Shown: piece after piece, positions 18,610-26,392 of the stretch
Layout: each line of letters begins with the position of its first letter
How positions within the stretch are numbered: the stretch's first letter is position 1
Assembly (NCBI GenBank): GCA_965204035.1
Contig: OZ241964.1
Coordinates: 1,905,251-1,969,250, forward strand
DNA: 64,000 nucleotides
Direction of reading: 5' to 3'
From: Thermodesulfobacteriota bacterium
GTDB lineage: Bacteria > Desulfobacterota_D > UBA1144 > Nemesobacterales > Nemesobacteraceae
The notes under the pieces: generated by a model
The model's input: the letters and a program-made list of their open reading frames with translations, nothing else
Databases searched by the model: none
Told to the model about the DNA's origin: nothing
Translations under genes and position numbers: made by a program

Positions 18610-19278
18610 TCACCCCCTCCCGAAGAACCGAAGGGTGATAAACGGAATGAGGCTGAGCGCGGGCGAGAGCGCAAGCTGCGTCGCGGCGCTTTTGCGCAAA
18701 GGCTCCTTCATAGCCATTATCCCCGAGTAAAGCCAAGCCGGATCCCCGATGAATCCCCTTGCCGCCTCGCAGAAGAAAAAAACATTCCGCGGACTCAGGA
18801 GAAAAACGAGCAGGTTAAATACAAGGAACACAAGAACTCCCTTCGCGACCAGGCTAAGCGCCCTTCCCCACACAAGGGAGTTAACGGCCTTCCTCGTGAG
18901 GTTTCCCCCGTAGTACCCGGCAAGCATCCCCCCGAGAATTGCCGTCATCATGAGGCTTATCCCGAAACCGAAAAGAAAGACCAGGCATTTCCCCAAAAGA
19001 TCGGCCGTCGCGCCGAAAGCCGGAATCACATCCTCCCACACTCCCCAGGCAAGCGGAAGAAGCAGACCAAGAAACGCCCCCTCCCAGAAACCGCTTCGAG
19101 CTCCCACCATGAAAAAAGTAAGCATTCCCCTCACCGTCAGGAAATCAGAAGGTATGTCCTGCCCCGTGCGCTCTATTATATGGTACTGCTGTATCTCCGA
19201 TATCGCGTCTATAAGGTTGCGCGGGGACGCGTGGGGCGAAGACGATATGGGAGTGAACCCTCCCCTCCCGCCGCTCAC
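18610..19278 (-). CDS. polytopic inner-membrane protein (about 5 TM helices), unknown family
   Basis: Clear TM helices (LTFFMVGARSGFWEGAFLGLLLPLAWGVW; LVFLFGFGISLMMTAILGGMLAGYY; VLVFLVFNLLVFLL). Confidence 0.35.
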   Translation of the reverse strand: MSGGRGGFTPISSSPHASPRNLIDAISEIQQYHIIERTGQDIPSDFLTVRGMLTFFMVGARSGFWEGAFLGLLLPLAWGVWEDVIPAFGATADLLGKCLVFLFGFGISLMMTAILGGMLAGYYGGNLTRKAVNSLVWGRALSLVAKGVLVFLVFNLLVFLLSPRNVFFFCEAARGFIGDPAWLYSGIMAMKEPLRKSAATQLALSPALSLIPFITLRFFGRG

Positions 19279-19391
19279 GGCCCTTCTCCTCTACACATGG
19301 ATATAAGGCGTGAGAAAGCCTGGGTTTTCAACGCCCGAAGGCCCGGCAAATTTCCCGACGCGAAAAATTTTTTGAAAAAAGTAATGGACAT

Positions 19392-20840
19392 TTGATTCTA
19401 ATTGTCATACAGTGTATCTCAAATATCAAAAAATGGACAGAAAAAGATGCCGGTAAAAATAACCTCAAAAAGACCCGGGAGGAAAGCCCCTTGATAGGAC
19501 TCCGAGCAAAGAAGCTCTCCGATCCCCCACCCCCCGCGGGGGCGGCCGTAGGGGAGGGAGTAGCGCTTGACCGCGACCCCGGGACGGAGCCCGCGCCGAT
19601 AACGGTTCCCGACGCAGACCGCGAGGGACACATATTCACCATGGGCGCCACGCGAAGCGGAAAGACCCGCCTCGCCGAGGCCATGATAGAGCACGACATA
19701 AGGGCGGGGAGGAGCATCCTCTGGATAGACCCCAAGGGGGATAACGCCATTTTCTCAAAAATAGTGACGGTGGCCAGGGAGACGGGACGGGAGGACGATC
19801 TTCTTTTTTTCTCCCCCGTCCATCCCCGCTACTCGGTGAAGATAGACCCTCTCTCCCACTACTTCATGCCCGAGGAGGTCGTTAATCACGTGGTTTCGGG
19901 CGTGCGTGTGCGCGAGGAGTTCTACTTCAACATAGCCTACGAGGTGACGCTCGTCGTGGTGCAGGGACTCATGCTGATATCAAGATCCCTCGGGGAGCGG
20001 CCCGCGTTCACGTTCCGCAGGATAAAGGAGAACATAGGCTACAGGGAGCTTGAGGGCCTCCGCGCCCAGATAGCCGGGATAGAGGGCCCCGAAGCGGAGG
20101 AGGTCCTCGTGAACCTCGACCAGATTCTCTCCTCTCCCCAGGACTATTTCTCCAAGGTCTCCTCAAGTCTCAGGACCGTGATAACGTCGCTCAGCTCGGG
20201 TTCGGTGGGAGAAATCATCGGCAAGGACACCTCAAACCGGTTCATAGAGCGCCTCGAGGCGGGAAAGGGGGTGATACTGGTGGTGCAGACGGGTTCGCTC
20301 CTCACCAGGAAAACGGCCCACATAATGGCACGGGTGCTTCTCTCCATGGTGCAAAGCTTCGTGGGCAGGGTGCTTGCCTCGCAAAGGAAGATCGACCCTC
20401 CCCTCGCCGTATACGCCGACGAGGCGTCAAACGTTCTTTACTTCGGAATAGACGACCTTTTCAACAAGGCGGGCGGGGCCGGGGTGTGGCTTCACATGCT
20501 GACTCAGAGCAAGCAGGACCTCGTGGCCGAGCTCGGCCCGGCCTACACGGGAAAGATACTCGACAACACGAACACCAAGATAGTTTTCCGCGTCAACGAC
20601 CCCAACACCGCGGCCTACGCCTCCCGCATGGCCGGGACCGCGAAAAGGTTCTCCCCCATAATGAGCCTCGGCGGGGGTCTCAGCGTGAGGGAGATAGAGG
20701 AGAGCAGGGTGCCGCCCGAGAGTTTCCTCAGGCTCGGGCGAAGGGAGTTCTACGCCTTCACCTTCGACGGCATATACAGGGGCAGAACCCTTGATGTGCG
20801 CCCGTGCGAGGAAATACGGTTCCCGGAGATAAAGAACTGA
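19392..20840 (+). CDS. type IV coupling protein (VirD4/TraD/TraG-like) ATPase domain
   Basis: Walker A FTMGATRSGKT (cf. VirD4 xPTRSGKG), WIDPKGDNA (cf. conserved DPKGE), Walker B LAVYADEASN. No N-terminal TM helices in the ORF. The listed start is a TTG; true start uncertain. Confidence 0.55.
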   Translation: MILIVIQCISNIKKWTEKDAGKNNLKKTREESPLIGLRAKKLSDPPPPAGAAVGEGVALDRDPGTEPAPITVPDADREGHIFTMGATRSGKTRLAEAMIEHDIRAGRSILWIDPKGDNAIFSKIVTVARETGREDDLLFFSPVHPRYSVKIDPLSHYFMPEEVVNHVVSGVRVREEFYFNIAYEVTLVVVQGLMLISRSLGERPAFTFRRIKENIGYRELEGLRAQIAGIEGPEAEEVLVNLDQILSSPQDYFSKVSSSLRTVITSLSSGSVGEIIGKDTSNRFIERLEAGKGVILVVQTGSLLTRKTAHIMARVLLSMVQSFVGRVLASQRKIDPPLAVYADEASNVLYFGIDDLFNKAGGAGVWLHMLTQSKQDLVAELGPAYTGKILDNTNTKIVFRVNDPNTAAYASRMAGTAKRFSPIMSLGGGLSVREIEESRVPPESFLRLGRREFYAFTFDGIYRGRTLDVRPCEEIRFPEIKN

Positions 20841-22237
20841 TGAGGAGGAGAAAAAGAGCAGAAATGAAACACTTTCCCCAAGTGGCGATCAGCTGGGAGA
20901 CGGCGGTCGTTTTTTCGCTTTTCCTCTTCTCCCTGGGCGCGGCCCTCTGCGCGCTCGCCCTCAGGCAGAGAAAAGAAAAACGAAGCGGGCCCGAAACAAT
21001 AGAATTCACGACGGCTTCGGCAAAAAGGGCCCCGCGGGCGCAAAACGGCGCCGGGGCGGAAACCATAGGGACCCTCGCGGAGAGCCTGTGGCTCAGAACC
21101 GATCCCGAACCCGCGGTGCTCTCGGACCGAGAGCCCGCGGCGGGACCCGTCTTCAAAAACCCCGAGACCGGAGCCTTCTGGGCAGAGGAGATAGAACCCA
21201 ACCGCCGCCTCTTTGAGAAAAGGGGCGAACTCGCGGTAATAGAGAGGATCCTTGGGGAACTTGACCGCCACGGCATCTGCTCAAGCGTCGTCGCCGGGGA
21301 CGGGAAAAGCGCGTTTGCGCCGACCGCAAGGCGCTTCTCGCGCGTCACCCTGCTTGAGCACTCGCTTCGGGCGGCGCGGTGCATGAGGGAAATACACGAC
21401 TCGCTCTACACGGAGAGGGTTCTCTACGGAAAGCATCTCATCGCGGCCCTCGCCCACGACGTGGGAAAAATGGAGCACCTGCGTCCCGAAGACGGGCGCT
21501 ACGTGAAGGATGACCACGCGGCGGCGTCCGCAAGGGCGCTTAACGCGTGGATAATGGAGTGCGGGGGAGAGCGGGCCGCCCTTTCATTGCGCTCCGTGGT
21601 GGACGCCGTCAGGAACCATCACAGGAGCGTAAACGAACCCGACAGTATCCTTGAGAATCTTAAAAGGGCGGATATGGCGGCGCGGGAGGAGGAATTCTCG
21701 GGAGTGCGCAAAAGCCCGCGCGCCGCGGCAGCGTCCCCCGGCGAGGCGGATACCGGGCCGCCCGAGTGGCTGCTTCGCGACATGCCCCGGATACTTAACG
21801 ACCACGTGGGGCCCGCGATAAACGAGGCGGCGCTTGAGGAGGCGCCCTTCGCCCGGGCGATATCCTCCACAAACGGAATTGTCTACGTCTGTCCCCACTA
21901 CCTTCTTGACGGGGTCAGGGAGCATATGGAGCGGGAGGAGATAGCGGACATGAGGTTTTTCGAACCGTCCCGTCCCGCGGAACTTCGGGCAAAGCTCCTG
22001 GTCACAAACTCCCTCAAGGCCCGCAACTGGGTGGCAGATGGGGTTAGCGACGGCTACTACGCCGCCTTCTGGAACTACGAGCATGGGGGAAAAAAGGTAA
22101 AAAAAGGCGGCTTCTGGGTGCCCGTTTTCGCAGAAGCGTTCGACGTGGCGCTTTCCGAACTCGAAAAAAGAAAAACTTCGGAGCTTCGCCGGATCACTTC
22201 CGTTTCGCCGTGTCTTGCGCGGGGACGAAAAAAATAA
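20804..22237 (+). CDS. HD-domain phosphohydrolase-like protein with N-terminal TM helix (conjugation-associated; relaxase role not established)
   Basis: TM helix AVVFSLFLFSLGAALCALAL. HD pattern EHSLRAARCM...LAHDVGK...DDHAAA...NHH. Confidence 0.4.
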   Translation: MRGNTVPGDKELMRRRKRAEMKHFPQVAISWETAVVFSLFLFSLGAALCALALRQRKEKRSGPETIEFTTASAKRAPRAQNGAGAETIGTLAESLWLRTDPEPAVLSDREPAAGPVFKNPETGAFWAEEIEPNRRLFEKRGELAVIERILGELDRHGICSSVVAGDGKSAFAPTARRFSRVTLLEHSLRAARCMREIHDSLYTERVLYGKHLIAALAHDVGKMEHLRPEDGRYVKDDHAAASARALNAWIMECGGERAALSLRSVVDAVRNHHRSVNEPDSILENLKRADMAAREEEFSGVRKSPRAAAASPGEADTGPPEWLLRDMPRILNDHVGPAINEAALEEAPFARAISSTNGIVYVCPHYLLDGVREHMEREEIADMRFFEPSRPAELRAKLLVTNSLKARNWVADGVSDGYYAAFWNYEHGGKKVKKGGFWVPVFAEAFDVALSELEKRKTSELRRITSVSPCLARGRKK

Positions 22238-22300
22238 ACTAAACTCAAGCGGGCGGCGTCTGTCCGTCCGAAAAAAAAACATATTAATGGAGGTAAAAAA

Positions 22301-22714
22301 ATGAAAAACAACAAGACAGGTAATGTCACACTCGTCATTGGCCAGATATCGTACGGGCAGCTCGAGCAGGAAGCCCGCAAGAGAGCGCTCTCGCCGGGAG
22401 ACTATCTCGAAATGCTGATAGAGATGGATCAGATCTCCAACACGGGAAGCGACCCGGGGGATGTGGTGTCGGTGTCAATTTCGGAGAGACACTACTCCCT
22501 TCTCAGCCGGGAGGCGGAAGCGAGCGGACACGGGGCGGACACGTGCGCCGAGATGATAATAGGCGCCTCGGCCGAGATGTTCCCCGAGAGGCCGCTTTCA
22601 AGGGAGAAGTTCGACGCCGTGGTGGAAGCGTGGGGAGGTGTCGATTTTACGACCGAGAAAAAACAGGAGGGCGCGCGCAAGCGCGGAAACTCTCTTCACA
22701 AAGCCTCGTCCTAG
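22301..22714 (+). CDS. TraY-like relaxosome accessory protein (tandem ribbon-helix-helix-like repeats)
   Basis: Two RHH-like segments (NVTLVIGQISYGQLEQEARKRALSPGDYLEMLIEM; VVSVSISERHYSLLSREAEASGHGADTCAEMIIGA). The size (137 aa) and position before traA-traL match F traY. Confidence 0.35.
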   Translation: MKNNKTGNVTLVIGQISYGQLEQEARKRALSPGDYLEMLIEMDQISNTGSDPGDVVSVSISERHYSLLSREAEASGHGADTCAEMIIGASAEMFPERPLSREKFDAVVEAWGGVDFTTEKKQEGARKRGNSLHKASS

Positions 22715-22726
22715 GGACTGAAGAGA

Positions 22727-22747
22727 CGGGGGATTTCATTTCCCCCG
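22727..22747 (+). terminator. perfect 7-bp stem hairpin (cggggga-tttcatt-tcccccg) between the TraY-like and TraA-like genes; attenuator/terminator candidate
   Basis: Seen directly; no T-run follows (ggga). Confidence 0.3.
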
Positions 22748-22866
22748 GGAGGCTTGACGACAAACGGATATAAGACCATAAAAAAACGGGCATATGCCGC
22801 ATTCGCAATCAGGCAGACAGCAAGATCTCACGACACTCGAAAACCACTTATAAGGAGGAAGCTAAG

Positions 22867-23181
22867 ATGAAAATATCCGGAAATTTTCCCCGCACGGCCG
22901 CAGCGGCAGTGCTTCTTGTCGTTTTGGCGATGGCGTTTTTTTTCCCGGACACGGCACTTGGAGGGACCACGGGCACCGAGTTCCAGAGCATCTACAACAA
23001 GGTTAAGGGATGGTCAACCGGCTATCTCGGAAGGCTGCTAGCCCTCTGCACGTTCATAATAGGCCTGGGGGCTTCCATCATGCGCCAGACGCTTTTCCCC
23101 GCGCTCACGGGAATAGGGGTGGCGCTCGTGGTCTCCCTCGGCCCGTCGCTCATAGAGGGGATCGCCACCGGGACGTTCTAG
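22867..23181 (+). CDS. traA: TraA-like pilin precursor
   Basis: Small protein with a long leader then two hydrophobic segments (LLALCTFIIGLGASIM; LTGIGVALVVSLGPSLI). Position immediately upstream of traL as in F; RBS aaggagg. Confidence 0.4.
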   Translation: MKISGNFPRTAAAAVLLVVLAMAFFFPDTALGGTTGTEFQSIYNKVKGWSTGYLGRLLALCTFIIGLGASIMRQTLFPALTGIGVALVVSLGPSLIEGIATGTF

Positions 23182-23448
23182 ATGAAAACAAAAATACCGA
23201 GATACATAGACGACCCTCCCCAGATATTCTGGTGGGAGATCGACGAAGTGGCGCTTTTCAGCGGGGCGTTCGTGGTCGGGGCCCTGGGAGGCCAGGTGCT
23301 CGGAGGGCTGCTCGCGGGCCTGGTCCTCTCCTGGCTGCTTGAGCGTCTTAAGTCCGGGAGGGGAAGCGCCTTTCTCGTTCACCTCGCCTACTGGTACGGC
23401 CTCTCGGGGGTAAGGCCCGAGAGCCGAAGGGAGAGGTTCTTTGAGTGA
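23182..23448 (+). CDS. traL: F-type T4SS protein TraL
   Basis: KSGRGSAFLVHLAYWYG matches TraL KKGRGSSWLRDLIYWY. Size 88 aa. ATGA overlap with traA. Confidence 0.6.
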   Translation: MKTKIPRYIDDPPQIFWWEIDEVALFSGAFVVGALGGQVLGGLLAGLVLSWLLERLKSGRGSAFLVHLAYWYGLSGVRPESRRERFFE

Positions 23449-24032
23449 TGCTTATACGCACCTTCCGCGAGAGATGGCTTAACCTGGCCCGGGAAAACGG
23501 GCTGCTCCGCTTCGCCGTGGGCGCGCTCTGCGTAACGGTCGCGCTTTTGGGCTGCCACATGAAAAAGCTCTCCGAGCGCACGACCGTGCACGTTCACGTG
23601 CCCGAATACATGCAGAAGGACTTCACCATCGGCGCCGCGGGGGCGGCTTCCCTCGCCTACACCGAGCAGTGGGCGCTGAGCCTCCTTCCCTTCGTGGCGT
23701 CCTTCACCGCGGAAACCGTGGATTTTAACGTAAGGCAGTTCCTGCTCTACGTCCACCCCGAGAGCTACGCCCCCATTTCGGGATTCCTGCTTGAAAAATC
23801 AAAGGAGATAAAAACAAGCGGGGTCGCCCAGGCGTTTTTCCCGAAAACTGTGGCCACAGAGGAGGAAGGGGCGGTTGTGGCGGTGAGCGGACGGCGCACC
23901 AGGGTCGTTGGAAACGTGGTGACCGACCAGAGGGAGGTTGTCTACAGGGTGCGCTTCGAGCTCGGGGCCCGAAACCGCCCGCTCGTAACCGAACTTATCG
24001 AAGACGAAGGAGGAGACGCGGATGAATACTGA
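23445..24032 (+). CDS. traE: F-type T4SS protein TraE
   Basis: 195 aa with N-terminal TM (FAVGALCVTVALLG). Position between traL and traK; overlapping stops and starts. Confidence 0.5.
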   Translation: MMLIRTFRERWLNLARENGLLRFAVGALCVTVALLGCHMKKLSERTTVHVHVPEYMQKDFTIGAAGAASLAYTEQWALSLLPFVASFTAETVDFNVRQFLLYVHPESYAPISGFLLEKSKEIKTSGVAQAFFPKTVATEEEGAVVAVSGRRTRVVGNVVTDQREVVYRVRFELGARNRPLVTELIEDEGGDADEY

Positions 24033-24732
24033 TCTTCCCCCGCGCGCGCTCATCGTCTTCGCCGCGGCGCTCTTCGCGTTCGCCGCGGCCGCGGCCGCTA
24101 CAACGATAGATCTCGGCGAAACCCGCGAGGGGGAACCGGTATCGATCGGCATATCGCGCACCGACGCAAACAGGATCGAGCTTCCCGAAACCATAATAAA
24201 CGCCTTTTCCTCAAGCGGGTCGATGGACGTAAAGATAATCGGCCGCTCGGCGCTCGTGAGAACCGAAGACCCGGCGGAACTCATAATCCTGACTGAAAAA
24301 AGAAGGCTCACGCTGCTGCTCTCACCCGGGGAGGGACCCTCGCGCACCGTCATAATGAGGGACGGGGGCCCGCCCTCCCCCCACCCGGCCAGGGAGACAA
24401 CAGGAGGCACGGAACCCCTTCCCTACGAAAAAGCCATAACGGACCTCGTTCTGTCGCTCGCCTCGGAGAACCCCCCGGCCGGGGAAATTCCGGGAAAGGA
24501 GCAGAAGCTTGAGGGTTCGCTCCTTCTCTCACACCGAGCGGAGGCGGCGTCGCCACCTTTTTTCGCCACGCTCTACGTTGTAAGAAACTCAGGCTCAGAA
24601 ACCGCCGCGCTCACGGAGAGCATGTTCCTTGCCGGCCCCGAGACTGTGGCCGTCGGCATGGAGCGCGGCGAGCTTTCGCCGGGGGAGTCGGGAAGGGTTT
24701 TCGTGGTCACGAAGAAGGAGCATGAGCGATGA
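24022..24732 (+). CDS. traK: F-type T4SS protein TraK (secretin/VirB9-like)
   Basis: Signal peptide (ALIVFAAALFAFAAAAAATT). Position and size (236 aa). Confidence 0.5.
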   Translation: MNTDLPPRALIVFAAALFAFAAAAAATTIDLGETREGEPVSIGISRTDANRIELPETIINAFSSSGSMDVKIIGRSALVRTEDPAELIILTEKRRLTLLLSPGEGPSRTVIMRDGGPPSPHPARETTGGTEPLPYEKAITDLVLSLASENPPAGEIPGKEQKLEGSLLLSHRAEAASPPFFATLYVVRNSGSETAALTESMFLAGPETVAVGMERGELSPGESGRVFVVTKKEHER

Positions 24733-25886
24733 TCGGGAAGATCCGGAAAATCTACGCCCAAAGAAAACGCCAGACGCTTGCCGCGGCGGCCCTGCTGTCC
24801 GGCTTTGCCGTAGTGGCTCTCTTTCTTTTCCTGCTCGGCGGGGAGGACAAGGGGCTGCTTGGGGAGAAAAAGCCGCGGGGAAGCATAAAGATCCTGCGGG
24901 GAGTGGACCTCGCCCGGGAGAAATGGCGCATAGAGGGGGAGAAACGCCTCGGGATGATAGAGACCAAGCAAAGAGAGATAAAAAAGACGCTTGAGGCCCT
25001 CTCCGCGGCGCTTGGAGAGATCGAGAAAGAACCTTCCCAGGCGTACCCCTACCCGCCTCCGCCGACAGAAGCCGAGACCTCACCCGAGGCGGGATTCCCT
25101 CCCGCCCCGTCCCTGCCGGGCGCGGCGCAGGCGCCGCCCGAGCCCCCGAAGACGCGAAGCCCGATACGGGTTTTCTCCCCCCTCGAGGGCGCCCCGGCCG
25201 AGGGGCAGGCTACGGAGTCCGCCCTGATTAACTGGATTCCCTCGGGAAGTTTCGTTCCCGGGGTGCTGCTAAGCGGCCTTGACGCTCCCACCGCGACCGC
25301 CGCCGCGCGCAATCCCCACCCCGTGCTGATACATCTTGCGGAACCTTCCCGCCTGCCCGGCCTGCGACGCATGGACATAGCGCGCTGTCACGTCACGGGG
25401 GCCGGCTACGGGCAGCTTGCGAGCGAGAGGGCGTACGTAAGGCTTGAGAGAATAGCCTGCGTGCTTCGCTCGGGGGACGTGATAGACACCAGGATAAAGG
25501 GATACGTGGCCGGGGAGGACGGAAAGACGGGGATCCGAGGAAGGCTCGTTTCGAAACAGGGAAAGATGCTCTCGCGCGGAATCCTGGCCGGATTCGCCTC
25601 GGGGTTCGGCGGGGCCGTTGAGAGCTCTAACTCGACCGCCGGAGTGGTCGCAGGGGGAACGTTTACCGTGAGTTCAAGGAGTTCAGGGGACCTCGTGAAG
25701 ACCGGAATCGGCGGAGGAGCGGGGGAAGCCGGAAGGCTTCTCGCCGAATATTACCTGAAGCTCGCCGAGGAAGTGTTTCCGGTAATAGAGATAGACGCGG
25801 GGCGCCGCGTCGACGTGATCATAACCGAGGGAACGGAACTTGTTCCGAGAAAAACCGCTTACGCCGGGAGGGGGAAAGAGGGATGA
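24729..25886 (+). CDS. traB: F-type T4SS protein TraB (VirB10-like)
   Basis: N-terminal TM, Pro-rich linker (PYPPPPTEAETSPEAGFPPAPSLPGAAQAPPEPPK), C-terminal beta domain. Gene order. Confidence 0.55.
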   Translation: MIGKIRKIYAQRKRQTLAAAALLSGFAVVALFLFLLGGEDKGLLGEKKPRGSIKILRGVDLAREKWRIEGEKRLGMIETKQREIKKTLEALSAALGEIEKEPSQAYPYPPPPTEAETSPEAGFPPAPSLPGAAQAPPEPPKTRSPIRVFSPLEGAPAEGQATESALINWIPSGSFVPGVLLSGLDAPTATAAARNPHPVLIHLAEPSRLPGLRRMDIARCHVTGAGYGQLASERAYVRLERIACVLRSGDVIDTRIKGYVAGEDGKTGIRGRLVSKQGKMLSRGILAGFASGFGGAVESSNSTAGVVAGGTFTVSSRSSGDLVKTGIGGGAGEAGRLLAEYYLKLAEEVFPVIEIDAGRRVDVIITEGTELVPRKTAYAGRGKEG

Positions 25887-26392
25887 GAAAATTCGCCATG
25901 GCCCTTATGCTTCTCTCCCCGCTTCTTTCGGCCTGCGCCGGAGGGTCGTCTCGCTACGGCTGTCCGGCCGAATCGGGCTACTCGTGCAAAAGCGTCTCCG
26001 AGGTTTACGTCGATGCGGCTTCGGGGCAAAAAAGCGGGGAGCGGCCCTTCCCGAAATCTCTTAAGAAGAAAAAAAGCGTACGGGAGGACGCGGGGAGAAA
26101 GTTCCTGAAAGGAAGGATCATCCGCGCGGGAAAAAATCTGCGCAGGCGGGCAGTCAGCAAGGAAGCCGCGCGGGCAGAAAAAGCGATGCCCGTCTATGTT
26201 CCCCCGCCCACGATACGCCTCTGGATAGCCCCGTGGCAGGAGGCCCGGGGCGTCTTTCACTCGCACAAGTACGTGTACGTGATCTCGGGCAGGGGGCGGT
26301 GGATGATCGGGGGAAAGACTGTTCCGCTGGGTGAGTCCCCGGAGGACTATTCGGGGGAAATACGGCTTCTCGGAGCGGAGGGGGCTCCCTGA
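25883..26392 (+). CDS. traV: F-type T4SS lipoprotein TraV
   Basis: Lipobox LLSAC followed by SRYGCPAESGYSC (TraV Cys pair). 169 aa. Order traB-traV-traC. Confidence 0.5.
   Translation: MRKFAMALMLLSPLLSACAGGSSRYGCPAESGYSCKSVSEVYVDAASGQKSGERPFPKSLKKKKSVREDAGRKFLKGRIIRAGKNLRRRAVSKEAARAEKAMPVYVPPPTIRLWIAPWQEARGVFHSHKYVYVISGRGRWMIGGKTVPLGESPEDYSGEIRLLGAEGAP

Noticed and set aside
18950-19306. 118-aa plus-strand ORF as a possible N-terminal membrane part of the coupling protein
   Set aside because: Its translation is hydrophilic and Arg/Pro/Ser-rich. It is antisense to a convincing polytopic membrane ORF and out of frame with the coupling-protein gene.
20804-22237. Calling the HD-domain protein a MOBH relaxase (traI)
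   Set aside because: It is too short, membrane-anchored, and no relaxase Tyr/3H motifs are recognisable by eye. Kept as an HD-domain protein only.
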